From NCBI GenBank assembly GCA_963695545.1, contig OY968796.1:3776001-3840000 (forward strand): 64,000 nt of DNA, in the 5' to 3' direction. The stretch is from Terriglobia bacterium (GTDB taxonomy: Bacteria > Acidobacteriota > Terriglobia > Acidiferrales > UBA7541). The number at the start of each line of letters is the position of its first letter. Positions within the stretch are counted from its first letter, which is position 1. The notes below the pieces were generated by a model, which was given only the letters and a program-made list of their open reading frames with translations, was not told the DNA's origin and did no database searches. Both the position numbers and the translations under genes were made by a program. Below are positions 62,258 through 64,000 of this stretch, piece after piece.

Positions 62258-62259
62258 TG
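62226..62259 (+). terminator. Intrinsic terminator
   Basis: AGAGCCCACCC-ccacc-GGGTGGGCTTT followed by CTATTGT. Confidence 0.7.
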
Positions 62260-62655
62260 TAACGTTGCCTCCGCAATCTCAACTCAACGCCGCTCCCCCA
62301 CGGTCGCTCTGCTCTTCGCGCCACCTGTTCCGCCCTGTACCGCCGTACAACTTGTCGTTTGACGTTGAAACGCGCAAGCTACCATCGCGTCCAAGCTCGC
62401 GCGTCCGGATCCGCGCGATAAGCAACCGGCCCCGCGCGCGGCGCATCGGAATCTGTTATGCAGGCCGCCTCGCGGGTAAGGGACAGTCGATCAGGCAAAG
62501 TTTCGGCGCGCATTCTAGACTGCGTTGGCCTTTGAATCACACAACGCGTGAGGCGTCCCGGAGTTCAACTCAGTCGCGTGCTAGCATCATCGCCATGCTG
62601 TCCGGCACGTATAAATTGGTTATCATTCAACTGCGCTTCCCCGCAAGGTGATCCC

Positions 62656-64000
62656 ATGACCCCAGCTTCTCGCTCCACACTGCGGAGCCGGCTTTTGTCG
62701 GTTCTCGGCATCGCATCGATCGCCGTTCTGGGCGCAATCTCCGCCGGCGCGCAAGCGCCCGCCGTGCAATCCCGCATCACGCAGCTGATCGACGAAAATA
62801 ATCTCGTCACCCTGCACGGCAACACGCATCCCTTGGCCCGCGCTCAATATGACCAGGGCGCCGCGCCCGATAATCTGCCGACCGATCGCATCTTGCTCAT
62901 GTTGCAACGCAGCCCCGCGCAGGAAACCGCATTGCAGCAATTGCTCGAGGGCCAGAAATCAAAATCTTCGCCGTACTACCATCAGTGGCTCACGCCCACC
63001 CAATTCGGCCAGCAGTTCGGCGCCTCCGACTCCGACATTCAAACTATCACCTCGTGGCTCGAGGCGCATGGATTCACGGTGAACAGCGTTTCCCCTGGCC
63101 GCACGGTGATCGACTTTTCCGGCAACGCCGGCCTGGTGCGCGCGGCATTCCACACCGAGATTCACAAGTACGTCGTGAACGGCGAATCGCATTGGGCCAA
63201 CAACGCCGACCCGCAAATCCCCGCCGCGCTCGCGCCGGTGATCGCCGGCCTGGTCTCCCTGAACAATTTCAAGAAGAAGCCGATGTACAAAATCACCGCT
63301 CATCCACTCTCGCCAGCCACGACGAACCCGATAACTCTTGAGACCGAAGCCGGCCAGTGCACGACATCCCTCGGCGCGACCGTTACTTGCTACGCAGTCG
63401 CCCCGGCGGATTTTGCAACGATCTATAATTCGGAACCGCTCTGGAGCGCCGGAATCGACGGCACCGGCCAGACCATCGCGATCGTCGGCGAAACCGACAT
63501 CAACTGCCAGGACATCATCAATTTCCGCTCCTTCTATGGCCTCTCAACTACATTCCCCGACGACTGCGGGCCCAACTCAAACGTACAAATCATCCTCGAC
63601 GGCCCCGATCCCGGCTATCAGGAAGATGAAACCGAAGCCGATCTCGACGTCGAATGGTCCGGTGCGGTCGCCAAAGGCGCGCACATTGATTTCGTCGAAT
63701 CCGAAAGCACCGAAACGACTCAGGGAATCGATCTCTCCGCCGAATATATCGTGAACAACAATCTCGCCCCGGTGATGAGCGAGAGCTACGGTGAATGCGA
63801 GGCGTTCCTGCTGACAGCCGGAAATCAGTTTTACAACGCTCTTTGGGAACAGGCGGCCGCCCAAGGAATAACCGTGATTACGTCCGCAGGCGACAGCGGC
63901 TCGGCCGGATGCGACGATGACAACTCCGTCCTCTTCGCGCAGGAGGGCGCTAACGTCAGTGGCCTGAACTCCACACCGTATAACGTGTCGGCTGGCGGGA
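62656..64000 (+). CDS. S53 (sedolisin/kumamolisin-like) serine protease with pro-domain, 3'-partial
   Basis: Translated by eye: signal peptide, VTLHGNTHP, YHQWLTP.QFGQQFG, EADLDVEW, SESYGECE, SAGDSG; AAGGTG RBS. Absent from the ORF track because it runs off the window. Confidence 0.9.
   Translation, partial: MTPASRSTLRSRLLSVLGIASIAVLGAISAGAQAPAVQSRITQLIDENNLVTLHGNTHPLARAQYDQGAAPDNLPTDRILLMLQRSPAQETALQQLLEGQKSKSSPYYHQWLTPTQFGQQFGASDSDIQTITSWLEAHGFTVNSVSPGRTVIDFSGNAGLVRAAFHTEIHKYVVNGESHWANNADPQIPAALAPVIAGLVSLNNFKKKPMYKITAHPLSPATTNPITLETEAGQCTTSLGATVTCYAVAPADFATIYNSEPLWSAGIDGTGQTIAIVGETDINCQDIINFRSFYGLSTTFPDDCGPNSNVQIILDGPDPGYQEDETEADLDVEWSGAVAKGAHIDFVESESTETTQGIDLSAEYIVNNNLAPVMSESYGECEAFLLTAGNQFYNALWEQAAAQGITVITSAGDSGSAGCDDDNSVLFAQEGANVSGLNSTPYNVSAGG

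Overview
GC-rich bacterial chromosome segment. The gene repertoire (duplicated orphan ABC permease, Oar-like TonB receptor, S53 pro-protease, split gcvPA/gcvPB) suggests an Acidobacteriota genome; this is inference, not a database result. Most of the window is housekeeping or envelope genes: glgB, fpr, a metB-like lyase, cutA, pgm/pmm, ftsB-like, thiG, fadD-like, ftcd, gcvT-H-PA-PB, ilvE, an aquaporin, pilT, recX, alaS, slt and an amidase. No rRNA, tRNA, CRISPR array, integrase or intact transposase was recognised. Best candidate for an undescribed system: 42619-47208. It holds two near-identical stand-alone 'D2-only' Clp-type AAA+ ATPases with intact pore loop and a ClpP-docking-like MGF motif. 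They flank a Tat-exported FG-GAP protein and are led by a small protein whose N-terminus resembles IS1634 transposase N-termini. Other notable signals: a promoter-hairpin-terminator unit that looks like a ~90-nt sRNA (62131-62259); a catalytically eroded HutU paralogue; a 58-aa, 10-Cys microprotein; an orphan strong promoter with a leaderless ORF and repeat element (20095-20441); a +1 frameshift in a B12 radical SAM gene; and a recurrent intergenic motif GATTTCAACAG. All calls come from reading motifs by eye; no searches were run.
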